From positions 131,573 to 195,572 of the forward strand of contig JAFYJD010000025.1 in NCBI GenBank assembly GCA_017538255.1: a stretch of 64,000 nt of DNA, read 5' to 3'. The notes below the pieces were generated by a model. It did not search any database, was not told where the DNA came from, and saw only the letters and a list, made by a program, of their open reading frames with translations. This stretch comes from Clostridia bacterium. GTDB lineage: Bacteria > Bacillota > Clostridia > Christensenellales > CAG-138. Positions 9,772 to 19,506 of the stretch are shown here, piece by piece. Position 1 is the first letter of the stretch; every line of letters starts with the position of its first letter. The position numbers were made by a program, and so were the translations under genes.

Positions 9772-10809
9772 TCAAGCATCGCGCGCTTTTGAAAAAACGC
9801 TCTTGGCCCTGACGTCGCCGTTTATGTCGCCGCATTTAACATCACAGCCCGCATTTACGTCGCCGCCTATGTCTGCGCAGCATATATCACGACCCGCACG
9901 TGCATCGCCACCTATGTCCTCACAGTTGATATTGCCGCCTGCCTGCACATCCCCCTCGACACCGGCGCAAGAAACATTGCCGCCCGCTCTGACATCGCCG
10001 CATATACCTTTACCATTGACATTGCCTCCCGCATTCACATCGCCCTCTATGCCGCCGTTTGCGCTGACGGACGCGCCTGATTTGACAGCGCCGGTGATTG
10101 CGCCGCAGTTAACCCCGGCATGAGCAACTACATCGCCCGATACATCGCCCTCGATCGCTGCGCTTCCGAACACCTCAACCTTTTTGATCTTGGAAGCGGG
10201 ATCGACCGCTATTTTAAGGGGCTCGCCGATCTCTTGCGCTTCGACGATCTGGTTTCCAATGCACCAAAACGCCCGTATCACGCCGTCGTTTGGAAGTTCG
10301 TTGAAGGTTATGCCGGCATAGGGGTTATGGACGCATTCATCATTTGAAGCGTCTGTTCTTTCGGAATGCGTATCGCTGCCGTTCCCTGATGCCGTGCTCC
10401 AAATGCCGCTATACGCTCTTTGCATATTCTCACTAATTGACGATGCGATTTGCTGCTCGATCTGTTTTTCTATCTCTCTTTCGATCTCTCTTTCGATCAT
10501 ATTATCAATATCTGTTTCGCAGTTGTGATCGACACCGCCATCTTCCATACCCGCTTCAGGCTCCGAACAGCGGTCGCGCATTTCTCCGAGCGCGGGTTCG
10601 GGATCCGTTTCCTTGTTCAGCAGATCGTCGAGCGTGATACCGAAAAAAGCAGCGATCTTCGGCAAAAGTTCGATATCCGGATAGGATGCCCCCGTTTCCC
10701 ATTTTGATACCGCCTGGGTTGTTACGCCAAAGGAATCCGCAAGTTGTTCCTGCGTGAAGCCGCATTGTTTGCGAAGCGATTTGAATCTTGATGCAAATCT
10801 TTCTTTCAT
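9772..10809 (-). CDS. XRE-family HTH protein with an acidic linker and a C-terminal bactofilin-like beta-helix repeat domain
   Basis: N-terminal HTH_3 signature (QEQLADSFGVTTQAVSKWETG). EREIEREIEKQIEQQI linker. C-terminal repeats GDVxAGGNVxCxxxx. Confidence 0.7.
   Translation of the reverse strand: MKERFASRFKSLRKQCGFTQEQLADSFGVTTQAVSKWETGASYPDIELLPKIAAFFGITLDDLLNKETDPEPALGEMRDRCSEPEAGMEDGGVDHNCETDIDNMIEREIEREIEKQIEQQIASSISENMQRAYSGIWSTASGNGSDTHSERTDASNDECVHNPYAGITFNELPNDGVIRAFWCIGNQIVEAQEIGEPLKIAVDPASKIKKVEVFGSAAIEGDVSGDVVAHAGVNCGAITGAVKSGASVSANGGIEGDVNAGGNVNGKGICGDVRAGGNVSCAGVEGDVQAGGNINCEDIGGDARAGRDICCADIGGDVNAGCDVKCGDINGDVRAKSVFSKARDA
9775..10044 (-). repeat. six tandem 45-nt (15-codon) coding repeats
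   Basis: Units: GDVNAGGNVNGKGIC / GDVRAGGNVSCAGVE / GDVQAGGNINCEDIG / GDARAGRDICCADIG / GDVNAGCDVKCGDIN / GDVRAKSVF... Confidence 0.8.
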
Positions 10810-10924
10810 GGTTTTGTCCTCCGTTCATCTTTGTTCGAGGCTCGTACGCCACCCCGTGTGGTTCAATTCTATACGCAAAAAACCGAATAAATCAATAAAA
10901 TGTTCGTTGAATCGTTAAACAGTC

Positions 10925-10953
10925 AGGCGATTCAACCAATGGTTGAATCGCCT
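10925..10953 (-). terminator. strong hairpin downstream of the glycerate kinase gene (weak U-tract)
   Basis: Perfect 13-bp stem aggcgattcaacc/ggttgaatcgcct with a 3-nt loop. The downstream run is only partly T-rich. Confidence 0.4.
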
Positions 10954-10963
10954 TAATGCAGAA

Positions 10964-12505
10964 TTAACATTGTATAGAGTCAAAAACCGAAAGCGCGGCG
11001 CAGAAGAGTCGGCTCTTTGCCTCATCCTTTGCGGTCTCGCCGCTGAGCGGCGCTTCCGACGCCGCTATGACTTCGACATCGCCTCCGTCGAAAGCCAAGC
11101 CGCAATCATCGCCCAAACAGCCCGCGATCACCTTTACGGCTTTTCCCTCGGCGACCGAGCGGGCTATGACCGCGCCTACCGCCTTTGCTCGGCTCGTGCC
11201 GTCAAACCTGCCCTCGCCCGTTATCACTATGTCGGAGCGCTTCAGTTTGGCATCGAAGCCGAGCGCATCGAGCACGAACTGTGCGCCGCCCGTCAGTTTC
11301 GCGCTGAACAGCGCGGCGAGCATCGCGCCGATGCCTCCCGCAGCGCCCATACCCGCGCCTTTGCAGAAGTCCCTTCCCATACGCGCATCGTAGAGGCGTT
11401 CAAGGTTTTTCATACCGTTTTCGAGTTCGATCAGTAAACCATCATCGATATGCTTCTGCGGACCGAATACCGCCGTCGCTCCGTTTTCTCCGGTCAACGG
11501 GTTGTCAACGTCGCACAGCACGGTGATCTCGATGCCTACGAGTTCGGGCACGGTCGAAGAAGTGTCTATCGACGCGATCCTTGCAAGGTTTTGGGGTATC
11601 GCCTCAAGTTCCATTCCGTTTTCGTCCAAAAACCGTACGCCGAGCGCTGAAGCCGCGCCGATGCCGCCGTCGTTCGTTGCCGATCCGCCAACGCCAAGAA
11701 GTATACGTTTTGCACCCGCCTTTGCCGCTGCGAGTATGAGTTCGCCCGTGCCCTTTGAAGTGATGCGCATCGGATCAAACGGCGGCTCAACGAGTGTCAA
11801 TCCCGAAACGCTCGCCATTTCGATCAGCGCGGTGTAATTATCAATAAAATAGTATTCGGCGTTTACTGTGCCTCCGAGCGGATCGCTTACATCACAAAAA
11901 CATTTGTACCCGTTCAGTCCCGAGGCAAGCGCACGGGCGGTGCCGTCGCCTCCGTCCGCCGTTGGCACGGAAAGCAGTTTATATCGGCCTTTAGAAACGC
12001 TTGCCGCCCGTTTTAACACCTCGATGACCTCGAACTGATCCAAGGTGCCCTTGAACTTATCGGGCGCGAGAAGCACGACGGGTTTCGGTGCGTAAGGCTC
12101 CGCGCCGTCGGTTTTTATTATGCACAACTTTTTTTCGCCGCCCGAAAGCATTCCCTTTTCATCGAACTCGCCGCAATCGTCAAGCCCTTCCAGTTTGGAA
12201 ACGGCGTTTGTTTGGATGATCGGACGATGCTCAGTCAGCATATCTGTGATATTCCTGCGGTTTTGAATCGCGTTATAAAACGCCCGAGTTTTCGAGAGTC
12301 CCTGACCCATAAATACGGCTGTTAGTATCTCTGCGGAATCGAATTCATCGATCTTGCAATGCCCGATATAGAGATGCATCCCTCCGAGCAGTTTTCCGTC
12401 TATATTTGAAAGGAGTTTAGATATGATTGCCGAAGCATCGTCGGCATAGTCGCGCACGTCTACGGGATCGAATCTCAAACCGAGCGCAAAACGGATCACT
12501 TCCAT
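10964..12505 (-). CDS. glycerate kinase with an N-terminal extension of about 140 aa
   Basis: The GlxK/GarK-type core starts at VVLLAPDKFKGTL, followed by ADGGDGT and LLGVGGSATNDGG. Start set at ATG 12505 (AGAGG RBS), 20 nt after the upstream stop. The track ORF extends to 12610. Confidence 0.8.
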   Translation of the reverse strand: MEVIRFALGLRFDPVDVRDYADDASAIISKLLSNIDGKLLGGMHLYIGHCKIDEFDSAEILTAVFMGQGLSKTRAFYNAIQNRRNITDMLTEHRPIIQTNAVSKLEGLDDCGEFDEKGMLSGGEKKLCIIKTDGAEPYAPKPVVLLAPDKFKGTLDQFEVIEVLKRAASVSKGRYKLLSVPTADGGDGTARALASGLNGYKCFCDVSDPLGGTVNAEYYFIDNYTALIEMASVSGLTLVEPPFDPMRITSKGTGELILAAAKAGAKRILLGVGGSATNDGGIGAASALGVRFLDENGMELEAIPQNLARIASIDTSSTVPELVGIEITVLCDVDNPLTGENGATAVFGPQKHIDDGLLIELENGMKNLERLYDARMGRDFCKGAGMGAAGGIGAMLAALFSAKLTGGAQFVLDALGFDAKLKRSDIVITGEGRFDGTSRAKAVGAVIARSVAEGKAVKVIAGCLGDDCGLAFDGGDVEVIAASEAPLSGETAKDEAKSRLFCAALSVFDSIQC

Positions 12506-12524
12506 GGTTTTACCTCTTGTTCGC

Positions 12525-13739
12525 TTATCGGCGCGCTTCGAGCGCTTCGCCGTCCGCAAGCCCCGATTGATAGCGTTTTTTCTTTTTGGCACCGCTTCGC
12601 ATATAAACATTCAGCACAAGCCCGACGGCGATCAGGTTTGTGAGCATATTCGAGCCGCCGTAACTGATGAACGGAAGCGGTATGCCCGTAACGGGCATCG
12701 CGCCCATCGTCATACCGATGTTTTCAAATATATGCGCCGCGAACATACCGACAACGCCGACTACGATGCATTTGCCGTAGTTGTCGCGTGCGCGCGAGGC
12801 GATATAGAGCCACCTGAAAAGCAGTATGAAGAAAACGAGTATCAGTACAGTTGCGCCTATAAATCCGACAGCCTCGGTTATTCCGCTGAATATGAAGTCC
12901 GTATGCCTTGCCGGAACATAACGAAGCTGCGCAAGCGTCGGTTCACCGAAGAAGCCCTTGCCGAAGAGTCTTCCCGAGCCAATGACCATTTTGGATTGAT
13001 TTACCTGATAACTCGCATTGCTGTCGACGTTTGCCGGATTTATGAATACATCGATCCTCTTGCGCTGTTCCTTGGTCAGGATGTACTGATACACGAGCGG
13101 GAGCCCGATCATGCAGAGCCCCGAAGCCGGGAGCACATAGTACCATTTAATGCCGGCGACGAAGAAGATCGAGACCATTATGACGATAAGAACTATGGCG
13201 GTGCCGTAATCGGGCTGAAGCACGATCAAAAGGAACGGCAGAGCGGTTATCGCAAGCGCGATGCCCACATCGGAAAAGCGTTTAAGGCACCCCTGCTCGT
13301 CCATCGCCTTTGATACATATTTGGAGAGCATCAGTATGAGCGCGATCTTGCAGAGTTCGCCCGGCTGGATCGCCCTTTCGATCGAATCGAATACGAACCA
13401 GCCCTGCGCGCCGCCGCGCACCTTGCCGAATACAAAAAGCATAAGCAAAAGCCCGATCACCGCACCGTAGCCCCATATGGTTATTGGCTTAAATATGCTG
13501 TAATCGAGGATCAGCACTATTACGAGCGCGGCAAAGCCCACAATGAAGTTGACCATATGCTTTTGCAAATATTCCATATTGAACTTTGACATATAGTCCG
13601 CAAGCCCCTTCTCCGAGCCGTCGAAAGGTTTTGCCATAACCGAAGCGAGCGCGACCGTGCCGAAAGCGATAAGCCCCAGCACGATCAGCACCGTCATCCA
13701 GTCTATCTTTTTAAAGTTGAAGCGTTCAAGAAAGTTCAT
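12525..13739 (-). CDS. FtsW/RodA/SpoVE-family (SEDS) peptidoglycan glycosyltransferase
   Basis: 404 aa, polytopic, with SEDS-like motifs LQPDYGTA, RHTDFIFS and PLPFISYGGS. Confidence 0.85.
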   Translation of the reverse strand: MNFLERFNFKKIDWMTVLIVLGLIAFGTVALASVMAKPFDGSEKGLADYMSKFNMEYLQKHMVNFIVGFAALVIVLILDYSIFKPITIWGYGAVIGLLLMLFVFGKVRGGAQGWFVFDSIERAIQPGELCKIALILMLSKYVSKAMDEQGCLKRFSDVGIALAITALPFLLIVLQPDYGTAIVLIVIMVSIFFVAGIKWYYVLPASGLCMIGLPLVYQYILTKEQRKRIDVFINPANVDSNASYQVNQSKMVIGSGRLFGKGFFGEPTLAQLRYVPARHTDFIFSGITEAVGFIGATVLILVFFILLFRWLYIASRARDNYGKCIVVGVVGMFAAHIFENIGMTMGAMPVTGIPLPFISYGGSNMLTNLIAVGLVLNVYMRSGAKKKKRYQSGLADGEALEARR

Positions 13740-13760
13740 CCGTTAAGCAGTTCTCCGCCG

Positions 13761-15194
13761 TCAGATAATGTATTTTGGATCCTTTTGAGATGCGCTGTTG
13801 AGTTCGGCAAGTTTTTCGTCATAGCCGGGTTTCCCGAGCAGGGCGTATGTCGCGTTCTTGCCCTCTTCGACTCCCGGCTGATCGAAAGCGTCGATGCTGA
13901 GCAATTCGCCCGCAAAGGCCGTCTGGAGTTCAAACAGCATCAACACCTGTCCGATCGTGAACTCGTTGACCTCGGGAAGAATAATGGTTTTATTCATATG
14001 CCCACTGACCGTAACAGCGTGCTCGGTCGCGACGCGCTCCGCGTTGATGAGTTCGTTCAGCGTGTGCCCCGAAAGGAAGGCTACATTTGGGATATCGTCG
14101 AACGCATGCGGTATCCCGACAGTCCGCCTGAATGACTCGACGCCGATGAACGTTATGGTCTTGTCAAACGGGCCGTCGGTATACAGTTGCACCTGCGAGT
14201 GCTGATCCGTAACGCCGAGCGCCTTGACCGGCGTTTGCCCAAAGCGCAGCGTCCTGCCGTTCTCCGTTCTTTTTTTTCCGAGTGATTCCGCCCAAAGCTG
14301 CGCATACCAGTCCGCGAAGTATTTAAGCGAATCGGCATAGGGCATCAGAACGCCGATGTTCGCGCCGTGCTTTTCCATCGCGAGCACCTCAAGCCCCGCG
14401 AGCATAAGCGCGGGATTTTTTTCGATCTCGTCCGTTGAACAGAGTTCGTCCATGAACTGTGCGCCGTCAAGCAGTTTTTCGATGTCGATACCCGCGACTG
14501 CGGCAGGAAGAAGCCCGACTGGGCATAATTCCGAGAATCGGCCTCCTACGCCGTCGGGAACGACGAAAGCAGTAAGGCCGTATTTTTTCGCAATGCCGAT
14601 CAGGCTGCCCTTTTCGCTGTCGGTCGTGGCGATCAAACGGTCTTTGAGCGCATCCTCACCGAAGCGGTCTATGAGCAAGCGCACGACGATCAGCAGTTGG
14701 GACATGGTTTCCGAAGTGCTGCCCGATTTGGTGATGACGTTGAAAACGGTCTTTTCAAGGTCGATCACATCAATAAGCGCCGCCATACGTTCGGGATCGA
14801 TATTATCCTCTATGAAGATGCGGGGCGCTCCTGCGGCGGCTTTTTTGAGGTCGTTATGCCTAAGATGCGCGAGCGCCTGCTGAACGGCAATCGGACCGAG
14901 CGCGCTGCCGCCGATGCCAAGTAGCACGAAATTATCGGCGGTTTGACGGATGTTTGCGGCAACAGCCTTGATTCGTTCTATATTGGGGCGTTCCGATCTG
15001 TACAGATCGCGCCAGCGCATAGAATCGCGCTTTGCTTCGGCGCTGTTCAGCGCGGCTTTGAGGCGCGGCTTTATCTCATCCAGTTCTTCCATGGTAATGC
15101 CGTGTTCACCCACCGCTGAAGTGAGCATATTGTTGTAATCCACGCGGATGCGCATAGACCCGCTGTCAAAATGATCGCAGTTATAGGAACGCAT
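13761..15194 (-). CDS. pgi: glucose-6-phosphate isomerase
   Basis: LLGIGGSALGP and ITKSGSTSET motifs. Start trimmed to ATG 15194, which follows GGAGG. Confidence 0.85.
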   Translation of the reverse strand: MRSYNCDHFDSGSMRIRVDYNNMLTSAVGEHGITMEELDEIKPRLKAALNSAEAKRDSMRWRDLYRSERPNIERIKAVAANIRQTADNFVLLGIGGSALGPIAVQQALAHLRHNDLKKAAAGAPRIFIEDNIDPERMAALIDVIDLEKTVFNVITKSGSTSETMSQLLIVVRLLIDRFGEDALKDRLIATTDSEKGSLIGIAKKYGLTAFVVPDGVGGRFSELCPVGLLPAAVAGIDIEKLLDGAQFMDELCSTDEIEKNPALMLAGLEVLAMEKHGANIGVLMPYADSLKYFADWYAQLWAESLGKKRTENGRTLRFGQTPVKALGVTDQHSQVQLYTDGPFDKTITFIGVESFRRTVGIPHAFDDIPNVAFLSGHTLNELINAERVATEHAVTVSGHMNKTIILPEVNEFTIGQVLMLFELQTAFAGELLSIDAFDQPGVEEGKNATYALLGKPGYDEKLAELNSASQKDPKYII

Positions 15195-15265
15195 TGGTCG
15201 CACCTCCAAAATTACTCAATTTATATTATAGCATAAATCCAAGCAAAAATGAATATGTCGATCAT

Positions 15266-15293
15266 AAAAAAGAAACGCCGCAGGCGGCGTTTC
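15266..15293 (-). terminator. intrinsic terminator after proS
   Basis: Stem aaacgccgc/gcggcgttt followed by CTTTTTTAT on the minus strand. Confidence 0.65.
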
Positions 15294-15307
15294 GGAAGAA
15301 GTTCAAA

Positions 15308-17047
15308 TCAGATGCTCTCGGGGACTTTGGCGTTGACCTTTGCCACGAGTTCCGCGATCATATTTCTGATCGTTTCCGCTGCGGTTTCGGGAGCGATATC
15401 GTCCCTAAAGGACTTATCGCGCGCGGAGAACTCAAAGCAATTCCTCGAAAGCGTTTTGGGGCTTATGACCACGCGAAGCGGCGCGCCGAGAAGGTCGGCA
15501 TCCGAGAACATAACGCCCGCGGATACCTGTCTGTCGTCAAACAGCACTTCCACGCCCGACGCAACAAGTTCTGCATACAGTTTTTCCGCGGCGCTTTTTA
15601 CGCCCTCATCATCGATGCGAAGCGCACATATCTGCACCTGCCACGGCGCGATGGTAATAGGCCAGATCGGACCGTAATCGTCGTGATGCGCCTCACACAC
15701 GGATGCGATGAGCCTGCCGACGCCGATGCCGTAGCAACCCATTATGGGGTGCTTTCTTTCGCCGTTTTCGTTATCGTAGGTCATACCCATCGCCTCGGTA
15801 TAGCGTTTACCAAGCTGGAAGATATTGCCGACCTCGATGCCGCGATTGATGCTGAGCGAATGCTTACCGCAGTTCGGGCAAACGCCGCCCTCGACCGCTT
15901 TTGCGATATCCGCGAACTCGGTGCCGACGGGCAAATCCCTTTCGGGGTTAAAGCCCGACATATGGTACTCTTCCCTGTTCGCGCCGCAGACAAGGTTTGT
16001 TGCGCCGACGAGCGAACGGTCGAAGAGCACGGTCGCCTTGGTCTTGAGCCCAACGGGACCGATATTGCCTGCGGTGAGATCCGCGTTTTCAATCTCGACC
16101 GCCGGATGCACCTCCGCCTTGATGAGGTTGGTCAGTTTGGTTTCGTTTATCTCAAGATCGCCGCGAATGAATACAAGCACGTATGAATCGTCCTCGTTGC
16201 GCTGATAAACGACCGCTTTACAGGTCTTGTCCGCCGTAACGTTAAGCATCGCAGCGACCTCCTCGATCGTCTTTGCTTCGCCTGTAAAGACGTCGCCAAG
16301 CGGCAGAAGTTCGCTGTCCGCGGTGTTTTCTATCAGGGCTTCGCAGGCTTCCATATTGGCTCGGAAGCCGCACTCGGGGCAGAACACTATCGAATCCTCG
16401 CCGATGCCTGTAAGGAGCATAAACTCATGGCTGACCTTGCCTCCCATCATACCGCTGTCGGATTTGACAGCGATGACCTCGGGAAGTCCGACGCGCGCAT
16501 AGATGCGCTCGTAGGCGCGGTAGGCGCGCTCATAATAGGCTTCGAGATCCTCCTGCGAAGTATGGAACGAATACGCGTCCTTCATCGTAAACTCGCGCAC
16601 GCGGATCAGACCGCCTCTGGCGCGGGGCTCGTCCCTGAACTTGGTCTGGATCTGGTAGATCATAAAGGGGTACTTTTGGTAAGTTCCCGCAACATTCATC
16701 GCAAGATGTACCGCAGCCTCCTCATGGGTCATACCGAGCACCATATCGGCGCCGCTCCTGTCCTTGAAGCGAAGGAGTTCCTTTCCGATGGAATCAAAAC
16801 GACCCGACGATTGCCAGAGCGTTGCGGGCATCACAACGGGGAAAAGCACCTCTTGCCCGTCGATACGATCCATCTCCTCACGAATAACAGCCTCTATCTT
16901 GTTGGCAATGCGTTTTGCCGGCGTAAAAAGCGAATAGATGCCATTTCCGACCTGCTTCATATAGCCGCCGCGTGTCATAAGGTTTTGGCTTTCGATATCG
17001 TAGGCACGTTCCTTAAAGCGTTCGCCGAGTATGTTTCGGACTTTCAT
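15308..17047 (-). CDS. proS: proline--tRNA ligase (bacterial type with an inserted editing domain)
   Basis: 579 aa with class II motifs (FRDEPRARGGLIRVREF, GCYGIGVGR) and a central insertion domain. Confidence 0.9.
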   Translation of the reverse strand: MKVRNILGERFKERAYDIESQNLMTRGGYMKQVGNGIYSLFTPAKRIANKIEAVIREEMDRIDGQEVLFPVVMPATLWQSSGRFDSIGKELLRFKDRSGADMVLGMTHEEAAVHLAMNVAGTYQKYPFMIYQIQTKFRDEPRARGGLIRVREFTMKDAYSFHTSQEDLEAYYERAYRAYERIYARVGLPEVIAVKSDSGMMGGKVSHEFMLLTGIGEDSIVFCPECGFRANMEACEALIENTADSELLPLGDVFTGEAKTIEEVAAMLNVTADKTCKAVVYQRNEDDSYVLVFIRGDLEINETKLTNLIKAEVHPAVEIENADLTAGNIGPVGLKTKATVLFDRSLVGATNLVCGANREEYHMSGFNPERDLPVGTEFADIAKAVEGGVCPNCGKHSLSINRGIEVGNIFQLGKRYTEAMGMTYDNENGERKHPIMGCYGIGVGRLIASVCEAHHDDYGPIWPITIAPWQVQICALRIDDEGVKSAAEKLYAELVASGVEVLFDDRQVSAGVMFSDADLLGAPLRVVISPKTLSRNCFEFSARDKSFRDDIAPETAAETIRNMIAELVAKVNAKVPESI

Positions 17048-17081
17048 ATTTGTTCTCCCTAAATCAATACATAATGAGTTT

Positions 17082-17108
17082 GGAGCCGCCCGTTATCCGG
17101 GCGGCTCC
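17082..17108 (-). terminator. GC-rich hairpin after groEL (no clear U-tract)
   Basis: Perfect 11-bp stem ggagccgcccg/cgggcggctcc with a 5-nt loop, 34 nt downstream of the groEL stop. Confidence 0.35.
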
Positions 17109-17141
17109 CACGATCCGTCCCGCTGAGCGGGGGGAAGTTCA

Positions 17142-18803
<1,662 letters not shown>

Positions 18804-19088
18804 TTATTCAACGACCGCGAGTATGTCGCTCTGGCGAACGATGATGTACTCCGTACCGTCGAGTTTGACTTCGTTGCCCGCGTACTTGGAATAGATGACC
18901 TTATCGCCGCGTTTGACGGTCATTTTTACCTCTTTGCCGTCAACAAGACCGCCGGGGCCGACTTCGACGACTTCCGCCATCTGCGGCTTTTCCTTGGCGT
19001 TGCCGGTAAGAATGAGGCCGCTCTTTGTGGTCTCTTCGACCTCGCAGGTCTTGATAACAACTCTGTCGAATAAAGGCCTGATTTTCAT
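18804..19088 (-). CDS. groES: co-chaperonin GroES
   Basis: Track ORF trimmed to MKIRPLFDRVVIK at 19088 (RBS AAGGAGG). 94 aa. Confidence 0.95.
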   Translation of the reverse strand: MKIRPLFDRVVIKTCEVEETTKSGLILTGNAKEKPQMAEVVEVGPGGLVDGKEVKMTVKRGDKVIYSKYAGNEVKLDGTEYIIVRQSDILAVVE

Positions 19089-19169
19089 ATTGGTGTTTCC
19101 TCCTTGAGTTTGACTTTGCGAAGCGCAGGGGCATCCCCGCCGCACGCAATATTATTACCGATAATTGGT

Positions 19170-19197
19170 ATTATATCCCGAGCGAAGAATATGTCAA
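19170..19197 (-). promoter_or_regulatory. sigma-A promoter for groES-groEL
   Basis: The minus strand reads TTGACA-16 nt-TATAAT, about 80 nt upstream of the groES ATG. Confidence 0.6.
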
Positions 19198-19248
19198 GCA
19201 ATGTGCCGAAGTGTTAAAAAATATATCTCGGTTTTTTGCACTTTTTTG

Positions 19249-19277
19249 TTGCAATCCGCTTTCCGATGCTATATAAT
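19249..19277 (+). promoter_or_regulatory. sigma-A promoter for the leader peptide and ABC exporter operon
   Basis: TTGCAA-17 nt-TATAAT on the plus strand. Confidence 0.6.
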
Positions 19278-19314
19278 GCTACCGATAAAACTATAAGGAA
19301 GGAGGTCCGCACAA

Positions 19315-19410
19315 ATGAACAATACTTTTTCTCTTGAATTCGCACCCTGTGCATTCGTATGCCCGTTTTCCCTGCGCGCGACCTCTTTCGGAGCCGTCCT
19401 CATCTTCTGA
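19315..19410 (+). CDS. putative 31-aa leader peptide (MNNTFSLEFAPCAFVCPFSLRATSFGAVLIF)
   Basis: Too short for the ORF track. Very strong RBS AAGGAAGGAGG 9 nt before the ATG. It lies between a consensus promoter and a terminator hairpin, upstream of the ABC exporter genes. Confidence 0.5.
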   Translation: MNNTFSLEFAPCAFVCPFSLRATSFGAVLIF

Positions 19411-19436
19411 TGCGCTCCCCTTCCGTCCGAACCGAT

Positions 19437-19470
19437 GAGCCGCAGGCGTCGCCGCGGCTCTTAATTTTTT
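19437..19470 (+). terminator. intrinsic terminator / attenuator in the ABC exporter leader
   Basis: Stem gagccgc/gcggctc (19437-19443 / 19454-19460) followed by TTAATTTTTT, 36 nt before ATG 19507. Confidence 0.6.
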
Positions 19471-19506
19471 GCTGAAAAAAGTCCCCCCCTCGGGGCAAGA
19501 GGTAAT

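Noticed and set aside
12504-13313. 269-aa plus-strand ORF
   Set aside because: It is antisense to the SEDS (FtsW/RodA) gene, and its start coincides with the reverse complement of the glycerate kinase start region.
15194-17062. Plus-strand ORFs of 330, 142, 126 and 211 aa
   Set aside because: All are antisense to proS, whose class II synthetase motifs are unambiguous. They have no RBS and their composition is low-complexity.
17048-17141. Possible T-box leader upstream of proS
   Set aside because: Only 94 nt separate groEL from proS. The spacer holds two simple hairpins and no specifier-loop or T-box sequence, so it is too short for a T-box riboswitch.
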